This document shows, in pieces, positions 22,501-34,024 of a stretch of DNA of 56,718 bases. Positions within the stretch are counted from its first letter, which is position 1. Every line of letters begins with the position of its first letter. Under the pieces are notes generated by a model. The model was not told where the DNA came from and searched no databases. It worked only from the letters and a program-made list of their open reading frames with translations. Source of the stretch: Corallochytrium limacisporum Hawaii. Lineage: Eukaryota; Protista; Pluriformea. Made by a program: the position numbers and the translations under genes. The stretch is taken from contig PDIP01000092.1 in NCBI GenBank assembly GCA_002811645.1, positions 1 to 56,718 on the forward strand, written 5' to 3'.

Positions 22501-25116
22501 CTAGAAACCCATTCCAGGAGTGCTGCTGCGGCGGGCTTCGGCGCTGCGACGTTGAAGGCCTTCTTCAACATCAAGCTTCAGCGCGGTATCGGATACATCA
22601 TGCTGGACAGGGGTGGATTCTGTGGGCACTCCGGCAGTTGGATCATCTGGGTCAACTTCAATATGCTCTTCCTCAGCAATTTCCTGAATCTCCTCTTCCA
22701 GCTCAGAATCACAGAAGCTTGCGTTGCATTCCTCGGGTTCGACGGCGGGTTGATCCTTTGGAAGTTGCTGGAAGTACTTGCGGCGGTCCCGGTCCTCCTG
22801 GGGAACGAGAGGGTCATCAACTAGGGACGCAGGCACCCTGGGAGGGGTGGGAACGCAGATATCGTCGTCATCTTTGGCGGCAGCAACAATCTCTCCGTCC
22901 TCGTTTTCAAGGACAACATCCTCATCGACTTCGACCTCATTCGCATTCACAGTCGTGACACAGCCGGAGTTGTCCTCCCGCTCCTGCTGCTTTGGAACGT
23001 CGTCGCCGGAAACGGCTTCGTTTTCGGGCAGGACATCACTGCGGCGGCGCATGCTCACCTCGTCGAGGGCGACAATTTCACGGATAGGACAGGCATGGGC
23101 ATTGTTACCATTGAACACAGGGCCTCCAGACACAGAAGCAGCGGAACCAGTGCTCAAGACGTGGACAGAGTCCGGACCATAGGCACGAGAGCTCTTAGCA
23201 CCAGAGATGGAGGAGAAACCAGTTACTTCGAAATCACAGCTGGCGCCTTGCTTACCAGCACCAGCAAGGTTAGTCACTCTACCGTCTTCACCGATAGCCA
23301 TGGTCACCAGTGGAGCACAAGCGTGCTCAGTGTCGCGGAATTTGGAATCCTCGGCCAGGTCGTCGTGTTTGAGGGTATGAATGGGCAGGGTAAAGACCAC
23401 ACGGATCTTGGCAATGGCAGCATCTACCCACCGCATGAGCAGGGACTGCCCCTTTTCAATTACCATGTTACCCTGGTGGAACATGTAAGCGTCACGACGG
23501 CCCTCCATGGTGTTCATGGCGACCTGATCAGACTCGTAGTTCATAATGTCGTCAATATTGTACCAGCGGTCGAAGTAAACACCAAGATAGAGCTGGTTCC
23601 AGACGTGTTCCTCTGCCCACACAGTGTCAGCATTGAAGAAGATGTTGGTGGCATGGCGAGGGCAAATGTAGACACCGCTATGTCCGTTGTACCACTCGCT
23701 GGTCCAAAAGCCACGGTATTTACCGTTGGGGCGGAGGACATTTGCATGGGAGTTGTCGCCTACGGCATTGACGATACCAAGATCTGTCCAGGCGCGAAGA
23801 TTGTCGCCATTGAAGAGTCCAGAAATACCACCGGACACAATGCCGTGGCGAGAAAAGTATCGCTCCATGTCGGGGACATCACCAAAGACGTCATCCATGA
23901 ACTGCTCGTTAAAGTAGATCTCGCACCAAGCATCATAGTAGGTGACGTTGTTGAGAATAAGATGACTGAATGTGTGAGACACCCAGTAGAAGTCTCTATA
24001 GTTTTCGTGACTCCACTTAAGCAAGGGATCCGCCTCAAACTGTGCCTGGACCGTCTCAAGCTCGTACGCTTCAGGCCAGGTATCGTTGGCATAGCCTTCT
24101 GTGAGAGGTTTCCTCCAGTTCTTGGGAAGGTGTGCAGCTTTGGAGTAGACAGACTGCTCCTCATCACGCACGATAAAATTGCGTTTTAGTTCGAGACTGG
24201 GACCGTTACCATTGTAGACAAGCTCAATCATAAACTCGTTGTCGTCACCATGCATGGCTCTGACCCAGTCGACGTGTGCCTGCATATCAGAGACGGAAGT
24301 GCGACCCTCGACACGCTCGGAGCCACCACGCACGACCTGGGTGTCTAGCAGGTAGTCATCAATCTGAGCAGACAGCAAAATGCGACGGGAGCCGGTGAAG
24401 GTGGCCTGAGTGACCCACAGGGACCAGGCGTGGCTCAGAGCAGTAGCTTCCCAGCGCCAGTGGGCACCGGCAGAGTGGTAACTCTCGTAGACCTGACGGC
24501 CGTCGTTGAAGGTGACGATAGCAGAGACGAAAGCGTTGCCATTGCCGAGCTTCCAGACAGGCTCCACGGACTTGACAGCGGCGTTACCAAAGTACTGAGG
24601 GTTGGCGACTCCGGCATTGAAGAAGTCAAGACTCATGTCAACGGGGTTGTTCTTAGCCATACCGGGGATGTCGTAAACGAGGGAGGCAGTCTTTTCGGGA
24701 CTCCAGACGGCAGTGGTAGCTGCACCGTGGCGCCAAGGCCAGACTTCAAGTTCAACCATATGGGCACCAGTTTGACGCTGGTATTCATATAGTTCGGCGT
24801 ACTGTCCGGCAGTGAGCATGTCCTTCCAAGTGCCATTGGGCTGAGGGAAGACAGTGGGCTGCTTGACGATGCAGGAGTACTTGGCATGGAAGTCGTCACC
24901 GTCAACACAAGCGTGGTAGAGCTGTATGTCGCCGATGAGACCTGTAGAGGGGACCCTGAGGACATCGTATTGGAAGTTCCATCCGTCAAAGACCTGGGTA
25001 TCTGGAGAAATGTTTTCTGAAGTAATGAACAAGCACTTGAGATCCATGAGTTTCTCTGCGCTGACGGTCATGAAGACCATGGCAAATGCCATGACGAAAT
25101 GCAGGGACATCATCAT
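22501..25116 (-). CDS. Secreted Agd3-like (CE18) polysaccharide deacetylase with an acidic C-terminal extension
   Basis: Signal peptide; GSRRILLSAQIDD, SHTFSH, SGLFNGD, VGDNS, PRHATNIFFN and YMFHQGN motifs as in Aspergillus Agd3; strong C-ending codon bias. Confidence 0.85.
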   Translation of the reverse strand: MMMSLHFVMAFAMVFMTVSAEKLMDLKCLFITSENISPDTQVFDGWNFQYDVLRVPSTGLIGDIQLYHACVDGDDFHAKYSCIVKQPTVFPQPNGTWKDMLTAGQYAELYEYQRQTGAHMVELEVWPWRHGAATTAVWSPEKTASLVYDIPGMAKNNPVDMSLDFFNAGVANPQYFGNAAVKSVEPVWKLGNGNAFVSAIVTFNDGRQVYESYHSAGAHWRWEATALSHAWSLWVTQATFTGSRRILLSAQIDDYLLDTQVVRGGSERVEGRTSVSDMQAHVDWVRAMHGDDNEFMIELVYNGNGPSLELKRNFIVRDEEQSVYSKAAHLPKNWRKPLTEGYANDTWPEAYELETVQAQFEADPLLKWSHENYRDFYWVSHTFSHLILNNVTYYDAWCEIYFNEQFMDDVFGDVPDMERYFSRHGIVSGGISGLFNGDNLRAWTDLGIVNAVGDNSHANVLRPNGKYRGFWTSEWYNGHSGVYICPRHATNIFFNADTVWAEEHVWNQLYLGVYFDRWYNIDDIMNYESDQVAMNTMEGRRDAYMFHQGNMVIEKGQSLLMRWVDAAIAKIRVVFTLPIHTLKHDDLAEDSKFRDTEHACAPLVTMAIGEDGRVTNLAGAGKQGASCDFEVTGFSSISGAKSSRAYGPDSVHVLSTGSAASVSGGPVFNGNNAHACPIREIVALDEVSMRRRSDVLPENEAVSGDDVPKQQEREDNSGCVTTVNANEVEVDEDVVLENEDGEIVAAAKDDDDICVPTPPRVPASLVDDPLVPQEDRDRRKYFQQLPKDQPAVEPEECNASFCDSELEEEIQEIAEEEHIEVDPDDPTAGVPTESTPVQHDVSDTALKLDVEEGLQRRSAEARRSSTPGMGF

Positions 25117-28100
25117 TGTTATATGCCTGTGAGTATCTATGTTACCTTCTATCCCATACCCAACGCAATTCTAGTCTTAGTATTACATGAAAACATAAAA
25201 CGTCCTTGTTGATCGACTACTCTTATACCTGGATTTTAACCAAATCCTTTCGTACTATCGCCCCACGCGCTCTTTTCCCCCGTTTCCTCCTTTCCCCCCT
25301 TTCCCCCCTTCCCCTGGCTTTGGTGGCTGAAGTTTTCGTCATCCATACCGTCCGGTGTTCCCGACGGCAGCACTGGTCGGGGGTGGAAGAGAGATAGCAG
25401 AGGGTGGGTGATGGAAGTGAACGAGGGCGAGAATTTCCATAATAAAAGTATGGAAAACGGTGCCGTATGTAGACGCCACAGAACGTCTTACGGTACGAAT
25501 GTTCACCAACCCGCCGTGTAACTTTTGGTCAAGGTAAATCTCTTCAGCCAACTCACTTCACTTGTCTTTCAGTAGGGGAGCCAAGGAGGGGAAGACACCA
25601 ATGAATGACGCGTTTTACTCTTGGCCCGCTACACTGATGGTAACCGGCAGTTCTCTTTCTTCGTGTCTCTTTTCTTTGCGCGCCTGGGCCGTGACTGCCG
25701 ATGCTAAGAATAGGGACGTCAACCAGCCCAAACGGCAGTCTAGAGCCCGGAGGGAAAGGACGTGGCGATGGAACTATCCAACGGTCGAAGCCGAACCAAC
25801 CTTCCGATACACCACGATCCAGTATTCTATAGTGGAGGTACCAGACTGAGAAAAATGGAAGGGAGGATTGGCCGTGTCTGCTCCGCCACGATGAAAACTC
25901 TTGCATATACATTTATAATAAAAAATTCGCTATTGGGTAGTTTCGCGCAAGTCGGACCTCGATCCGCATGCGCGATCACCCCAATGGACAACCTGTACTC
26001 GAGTCCTGAGGTGCACGGACAGTGTGCTCGCGCTCGAAAAAGGGTTGAATAAAATAGGGCGACTCAAGAGGATTTAAACTGTGTACACATGCACACATAA
26101 GTATTTGTCAGCGTTCGGCTCAAGGGAGAGGGAGTTGAGGACCGAGGCTTATGCGAGCAAACTTCTCTGGCGAGATCTGTCTCGTTCACACTCGATTCCC
26201 ATGTTTACTTCCATTGTCCCAAGGAATGTTAGCTAGAGTGCCATGTGCCTGGAACAAGTGCAGTTACCTTTTTGCCTTCCAGTCTGTTTGGTCTTCGGTT
26301 CCCATGCAAATAAGGTCTGCAATACTCAGCGGTCAGTATTCAGTTGAGGTAGGAGATCTTGTTTAAGCACAAACAGGCGCGTTTTCGTCCGAAGATACAT
26401 TCCAATACTCGATGTCTTCCAGTCTCCAATACCAGTCATCCAGGGTACACTCATACCTCTGGCTTGATATCCCAGCTGAAACACCTTGGCCATCTCGGAA
26501 TGAATGTTTGTGCAGAGGGTGCATTACGAATCCTAACAGATTGGGCATTGCATCGCGGGTGACGGAGAACTTGGGCACTATGTCTCTGCAACTCGCGCAG
26601 GAAACAGCTAAACAGAGCATACGACTTTTCACGTACGGAGAAGGAGGAAAACGGGCATGTGTGAAGAACTGTCCTTTCAGTTGAAGGAGTCAAAGGACAG
26701 ACAAAGACGTTCAGCACATTCCATAGGATATGATATGCATGAGTGGTCACTTTCCACACTCACATGCGGCATCGTTCCTTAATTCTCGATCCGTAGCTCT
26801 CTGTCGTACTTAACTCTGGCTGTACGGCGTAGGGATTGCTGCCGAAACATATTGCGTTCGGCACCGCTAGCTTTATCCTCTCTCTGTATACTGTCAGGAC
26901 ACGCAGAACATCGACAGAACCTAGAATCGGTCCAGCTTTGGCTCACCGCAGGAGAACTTCGCGGCAAAGAGTATCTATCAACCAAAGCCCATGAGGAGGA
27001 CTAATATTATAGATATACTCCCTACCGCGAACAGCCAATTTCTTCACGCCAAACCTTCGATTCTCGCCCACATACGTTCCGCGGGATTAGGGGTTTTCCA
27101 TTGTGATTCGCGTTTGTTTTTCGCTGGGCTTAGATCTCTCATTTGCCCACGCACGCTCTTTCTCGTTCTTTCGTGCTATGTAGGCAGCTCTTGTACAGTG
27201 TGCTAGGGTTAAGGGCTTGCCCAGAGTTTGGAGATGAAGAAGGAAAGGACAGGGGATTGCGCAAAGTCCAATATTGAAAATAACTCTGTGCTTGGAGGAA
27301 CCGGGAAAGTCTGTACTGCCTCCCTGAACCGACGGCATGGAGAAATCGAGAAGGGTTCCCCCTCCCCCTTCCTATCCTTCTTACATTGTACAATGAAGGG
27401 ACCCCTGAGTGAAACATTACGTGCGCAAGCAAGCCCGTGCTCCAAACCCTCCCCTTTGTTTCGAGGGCCACGTTTTCGGTCTTTTCTACCATCGTTCCTT
27501 CACTTTCTTGACTCTCCGGAACATTTAGTATACAGCCTCGAGAACCCCCTTTCCCCACCTTCTGTGATTACGGCCCAACTTAAAGTTCTCCCGATCGCTT
27601 TGTGCTGACCAATGCAACCACACTGAGAGGTATATGCTTCATATAAAGACGTACTGGAACCACCGACTCATTCAACAGCCGTTTAGGGGATCCAATCCCG
27701 GTGGACCCCGGCTTATTGTTTCAAGTGACTCATGGTCATTCCATCAAACCATAAAAAAAGCGGAAGAGGAACTATGAGTTGTCGGCAATTGACAGTGAGC
27801 GACCCATACTCCTTAATGTTGAACTCCCCTTGGGTGAGATATGTTCATAGTTTCTCGTTCGGATGCATATGTTGCTCCTTTTTACCTTGTTAGATTTTCA
27901 GAGTGTAAGACTGCCTGTGCCTTGCCCTTATGGATCCCACCCAGACATTCGCATGATCATCCAACAACCACACTATAGTGTCTGTTCCACGTGTTGTTGA
28001 CTGCAGAATGCGAAGCTCGAATGCTTGAGAGCTTGCACAAGCCCAAGCGCACCAATTGAGCGAAGCCAGTTGTTTAACACCGATCAAACCCCTATACAAG

Positions 28101-30674
28101 CACTTGACAGATGTAATAGGTAGACCAGCCTTAGTATATTAACTGTGCCGTAACTTCAGTCTACGTATGTGTGTAATGCGGCTCCTGAACCCAATCACCA
28201 TCCCCTACCGGGGTCCAACAACCCATCCTAACCGAAATCATGCGCATGAGAGGAGAAGGCGAGAGATCGAGGGGATAATACACAAGAGCGCGCGCACCAC
28301 CCCCGCACTCTGCTCCTTCGTCCCTTCTCCCTTCCCCTGACCGCGGACGAAGACAAAGGCTAGGCCGTAAGCACCGCCGTCCAGCCATCCAAAGGTCGGG
28401 GAGTGAACAATTTCATACTGTCGCTATCAGCATGGACTAACCGGACATTATGCGTCTTACTTCTTCTACAGGAATATCTTCCGTTTAGGTGTTGAGAGCA
28501 CATTCATGGCCTGCCGGTCCCGGACAAAAACTGCCCCCAATATTTGTTCCCTGTGGTGACACCCTGCGACGCACAATGAACTTTGCTAACGGTTTCTTTC
28601 TCATTCTGGGCAGCTGGGGAGATAAAGCGGCGACAGCTGGGGCCCCAGAACACAACAGGAAGGCTCCACATCGCGCCCCCGCCGCTGGGAAGGGGGCATA
28701 GACACTCGGCAAAGGGGCCCGACATGCCATATGTATATCATGTACCGGGAAGTGGCAAAGCATGAAATTTAGAAATCAGGCTCCCGATTAAGCAGACTCG
28801 GGGTGCTATACTACCTTGCAGCAAAGCAGCATGTCAGAAGATGCACTAATGGACTCCCATCAACTCTGGGTTAGTCATACGGAAACTTGCCATTGTCAAC
28901 TTGGGCCCACCAAATGGATTGAGAGGCACGCATGTGCGAACTAAGAACGAGAGCTGATGGTGGATGCCCTGTGAAACAGCGAGTATGAAATGCGAAGGCA
29001 ATGCACGCGTAGCGGAACACAAACGAGGCAATAAGTTTGCCAACACAAGGAGCCCCCGATCTGACAAACTCAAGAGCTGTGTGTGTTTATAAAAGGGAAG
29101 CCAGGGCTCTGATCCGAGTACCAGATAATGTTCAAGGAATTCTTTCGAACTGTGGGTACCGGGGATCGCGCGCTCCAGGTCACAGAGCTAAACCGCCCAC
29201 AGGTGAAAACGTGCATTGCGAGGGGGGTAAGAGTGATTGATGTTTAGACGTGCCATGACTCTCACTGTCGTGAAATACCACCGGTCTGTTGATCATGGCG
29301 ACAACCACAGGCAGATAGGTGACCAAACGAAACAAACACCACATGCCGTTCAGACTCCTTTCCTGTTCCGTTAGAGCATTGCCGTCGGTGACTGGAGCTC
29401 CTCAAAAGTTCGGTGTTTGGGGCTATACTTGAGCGGAGGAACGGATCGTCGTTTGGAATGTGCACAGTCACTGGATGGACGGGGCGATGCTCGAGCAAAA
29501 TAGTCTTGGGTGATAGATGCTGGTGGTAAGTCTTAAATAGTCATCAAAGAGAGTTATGAAGAATCTTCTTACACGTAACAAACGAATACCGAAAACACGG
29601 ACATTGACGTCGAATACAAGGACACTTACCGCAAGGACGCCCGCACAAGAAGTGGGCTCGGCACACCATGACATACGCTTGCTTGCCTATTGTTCTCTTC
29701 TCGGGGCAATGTTTTCAGCTCTAATTCGTTTTGTGGGGCTGGAGATGCGGTTGTGCTGGAGAAGGATGTTCATGTTCAATGGGGGTGTTGATGGGGATGC
29801 CTATCTCGAAGCACACCATCGCCATCGGTATATGAATTGCAACCAGGTGGGATACGTTCATCCTTTCTAAGAAGGTGTTCTGGTGGATATGTACACGATG
29901 GTTATGGATCCTACGTACATCGTGTTCCAATCTTGCACAAACAGCTGAATATCAGTCGCTAACGAAGGACAGGGATCACCAAACGCGGCCGGTCCAGTCC
30001 AGCTCGCTGTTGGAATTGCAGTAATCAAGAATGGTCAAAGAGCTAGCTTACAACATGGACGAGAGGAACGAAAGAATGTATACATCCTCACAACAACGAA
30101 TGCATCTCGACCTCCCAAGCCATGCAAGTGTAGCAAGTGTTCGCAGTGCGGGGCAGACACTGAAACTATTGTAAACCAGGTTGACCTGTCCGTCCTGATT
30201 GATTTTGATTTAATATATTCATAAATTGGATAAAGTTATGAAATATACAGAGGGTCTGAAGGAATGGGCACCTGGACAAGATCTTGTGTTTTTGTTGCCT
30301 TGTTGTGATATTAAGAGTACCGGGGGTGTACCAGTTGGTCCTGTAAAATTATGAAAAATGCTTGCCTAAATGGAACCCGCCTTAACTCACTGGCCTTTTT
30401 TGGCCAAGCATAGGAGAGACCCTGGGCCTGATTCACGTAATTACGGAATAACGGCTCAATGCCTGCGGGTACTTGAGAAGCAAGATTGCTTATAAAGAGC
30501 TGTGAATCCATGACTTTCGTTAAATTTGGGGACCAAATGCCCGAACTCCTGATTAATTATACACCCTGAAACACGCTGCATGTAGAAACTCAGGGTGCAA
30601 CACTCACTCTGGCGACCGTACCGACGCTGCTGACCGAGGTAAATCAACAACGAGGGTAACGAGACCATAAGGCA

Positions 30675-31658
30675 ATGCCAGCTAAGACTATTCAGGACTA
30701 CCAGCATGATCTACCTACGGAACTGTCACACCTGAAGAACAAGGGCTACCAGGTCATTCCAGGGGTAATCACCAACGCTGAAGCCTTGAAGGCTCGGGAA
30801 GAGATTTTCGAATGGTTCGAAGGCCTGAATATCGGCTTCGATCGCAAAGATCCGCAGACTTGGCAATTTCCAAAGAGCCCAAGTACTGTCGCAGGTATTC
30901 TTCTCCGACCTAATGGCTCCTTCATTGCTCCGGTGGTCCGCATCCGCACGCATGCGAACGTAGCAGAGCAGTTCAGCAAGGTTTGGGGCACGGACGATCT
31001 AGTCGTCAGCTACGACCGCATTAATGTCACCCCACCACCGGAGATTGATCCTAACGATGACGGTAGCCCCGACCAACCATGGTTTCATACTGATCAAGAC
31101 AAAGATAAGCGAGGAAGACACTGTGTGCAGGGTATGATTCCCCTGAATGACATGCACAGCCACGATGCGACACTGCACGTTCTGGAGGGGAGCCATGCCT
31201 ATCACGCTGAGTTCTTTGAACAGTTCAGGCCCAACCATAAGGCGCAGGACAAAGACTTTCACCGATTTACGGATGAAGAGGTTGAATGGTTTGAATCTAG
31301 ACCGGGCGTGCGTCGCGTGCGGGTGAGCGCCAATCGGGGCGACCTGGTGCTCTGGGATTCGCGGACCGTTCATTGTAGTGCCAAGGCCCAAACTGAGCTC
31401 AGACCCTCGCGTAAGGACCCAAGTGACCTCTGGCGCTTCGTCGTTTACGTATGCATGGGTCCAGCTGCACTAGTCACAGATGAAGACCGCAGACTGCGGC
31501 GGATGGCGTTTGAGACCGATCAAGCCACGAGCCATTGGCCGTACGGAGTCAGGGTGTTCCCAGAGCCAGCCAATCCCGAGCATTGGACGTTGCGAAAACC
31601 AGCTATGCCGGACACGGAGCTCGGAAAGCGACTGATGCGGCCGATTGGAGGAGAATAG
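30675..31658 (+). CDS. Phytanoyl-CoA dioxygenase (PhyH) family 2OG-Fe(II) dioxygenase
   Basis: GYQVIPGV, VWGTDDLVVSYD, WFHTDQ, LEGSH, GDLVLWDSRTVH and RFVVYVCM motifs. Confidence 0.92.
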   Translation: MPAKTIQDYQHDLPTELSHLKNKGYQVIPGVITNAEALKAREEIFEWFEGLNIGFDRKDPQTWQFPKSPSTVAGILLRPNGSFIAPVVRIRTHANVAEQFSKVWGTDDLVVSYDRINVTPPPEIDPNDDGSPDQPWFHTDQDKDKRGRHCVQGMIPLNDMHSHDATLHVLEGSHAYHAEFFEQFRPNHKAQDKDFHRFTDEEVEWFESRPGVRRVRVSANRGDLVLWDSRTVHCSAKAQTELRPSRKDPSDLWRFVVYVCMGPAALVTDEDRRLRRMAFETDQATSHWPYGVRVFPEPANPEHWTLRKPAMPDTELGKRLMRPIGGE

Positions 31659-33410
31659 GGAGAAGTGTGTAAAGACTGTGTTTACGACCCCCCCCCCCGG
31701 GGGCGGGAACCTCCCACATATTCACAGTTGGTATTTCGATGGCACATCTGCTCACTCACCCAGCTGACATTTTTAGCTATTAACCGACCCCTAAATAGAA
31801 ATTAAATTGGCTTAATCGTAGACGCCCCCGTAGGTCAGGCCCAGCAGAGGATCCGAACGGGAGAGCTCGGTAGGGGAAATTGTCAAACCAAGCAATAAAG
31901 TGATGAAAATTACATATGCTGAAAGGCGTGCTGGCCGTTCACTGTGACATCACTGAGCGAGAGACTCATCACAAATTTTGACAAGAAATGCATAGGGCCA
32001 AACAGATTGGAAAACAAAATCTTTACTAGGTGCGTGCGGGACCATTGCGCCCATTGCGCATCGTCACCGTCATCATGATCGTTCTCAGCATCATTACCTG
32101 CAATCCTGCACATGCCGACATTTGTATTGCATGATACTACAGGTATGGATGGTTGATACCCTGCGTCAACATTGGTGAGCGAGAATATCAGGTGGAGCTG
32201 AGAGCAGATCATCATCAGCTGGTCGTGTGCGGGTTTGCTGGCCATTCCGAAATCTGCGTAGACGATCTCAGGAAGCTGTGCCTGCGGAGGATCGATCTCA
32301 ATGTGTGAACCCCTTTGTTGGCACTTCCGATGGGTTGTTGCATTCACTAAGACAGAACTAGGGCAGCAGATACAGTATGTCTTTTGCTGGGCAAGCCAGA
32401 GCGGGAAAAGAAATTAGTGTAGGGTAGTGCACTCGGTGAATTCATCGACAGGGGGACCAGGTAACCAATGATACTCACAAAAGCGATGACGAACCCTGGC
32501 TTCCCTTCCTATGCTTCGCTGCTGGCGGCCCACCTCAATCCCCCCTCCCCCCCCCCCCCCAAGCAAGAAATGTGGAGACATTCTTTTCTATACGATGCGG
32601 ACGTTCAATTTCGTCACCAAAACGTAATACTGAATGTATGGATCAAAATGCTGCTCTAACAAAGGCATTTGGAGGTCGTTGAGACCGTACCCGAAGTCGA
32701 GAGAAGTGGAGCGGGAAATGCTTTTCCCAGTCCGCACTGGTGCCTGCCAAATGTGGCAGGACTCTTTCTCTTGCTGGTGTCCCCTGTACTCACCTTTCGT
32801 TTCTCTCTTCGAAATCCCAGTTAGTTTACTATTGGATCCGGGTCCACATAGCATGCTCACCCGGCCCTGCCCAGCCCCCGCGCAGATCATCTACCCTGCG
32901 CGACGAAAGAGAGAGAGAGAGAGAGAGACTGCACCGCGAGGAAACCCCGCTAACCCTTTCCCCCCGCCGGGTCATTCAGGCCTTAGGGACTGCGTCGCCA
33001 CACTTTGCCGCTGGTGACACCATGAAGTCACCAGAGCCGCGAGACTTCCTTTGTTTGGCAAGCGTCGACATCGTATGTATCTTTGTGCATCTGCGTAGAA
33101 AATAAGTTGGCACCATAGTGTTTGTTAATCGCTTTCGAAGCTCAGCAACTTTTGCAGTGTTCCAAGGCAAGAAAACATGACTGCGTAGATACTTCAGAGA
33201 AGATGGATGAGATGTCGACTCAAGCTCCACTTGTTCAGGGATGGCTGTAGATGAGGAATGAAGCGGTCAAAGACGTAGTAAAGGACATCCGAACGAGAAA
33301 CCTGTCAGCGATTTGTGATCCTTGGGCACTAGGCGGAGCGAGCCAACGAACAGCTTTCATCGATAGAGAACATAATAGTGTGAGCACTCGAAGTAAGGCA
33401 TACATTAACA

Positions 33411-33734
33411 ATGGTGTTCGGATCCAAGAGCACAAGGAGGGCTAGTACCGTTGAGGTCAAACAGCCGAAGATGGTTGACGGACCAGTGCCAAAAATGAAG
33501 GAGAGCTGGCTGCTGGCTACCTGTGCCTTTATCTTCTTCCTACCTCTCGGGATCGCGTCGATGGTCTTCCTGTCGCAGGCGAAGTCTGCTTATAAAGCCA
33601 GAAATGTAACTAAGGCTGAAAGTAAACTCTACGGGGCCCACTTGATGTCATCTGTGGCGATTCTGATTGGTACTATATTGATTGCAGTGATAGGTTTGAT
33701 GGTCAGTGAAGGACTGACCAACGGCGGGGAGTAA
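33411..33734 (+). CDS. CD225/dispanin (IFITM-like) small membrane protein
   Basis: 107 aa; WLLATCAFIFFLPLGIASMVFLSQAKSA...AESKL..A followed by a C-terminal TM, matching the CD225 pattern (hydrophobic-PLGI.A...S..V....A...S..A-TM). Confidence 0.8.
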   Translation: MVFGSKSTRRASTVEVKQPKMVDGPVPKMKESWLLATCAFIFFLPLGIASMVFLSQAKSAYKARNVTKAESKLYGAHLMSSVAILIGTILIAVIGLMVSEGLTNGGE

Positions 33735-34024
33735 ATCATCGTTCCTCAAGCACAACAAAGGGCTCTGCCGGGTACACAACAGAGCATTCCAATTTTGGTC
33801 GATGGAAGATGGTCGAATGTCTCTGTGTCGATGCCACCTACACAAATATCAGATACAATACACAAATTCAACAACACATGCGGAACTTTAATGTGAGAAC
33901 ATTTTTCACCGCCTGCAAAGTTAGGACATGAGTGCACAGATAGGACAAAGGGACCACAACATTCGGAATGGAACGTGTCTCGATACGGGAACGGTTCTTC
34001 CGTTCAGAGGTCAATACACATGTT

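Noticed and set aside
23095-24189. 364-aa + strand ORF
   Set aside because: Antisense shadow of the codon-biased Agd3 gene.
31910-32347. ORF containing ADFGMA
   Set aside because: Isolated motif with no surrounding kinase features, and a GTG start.
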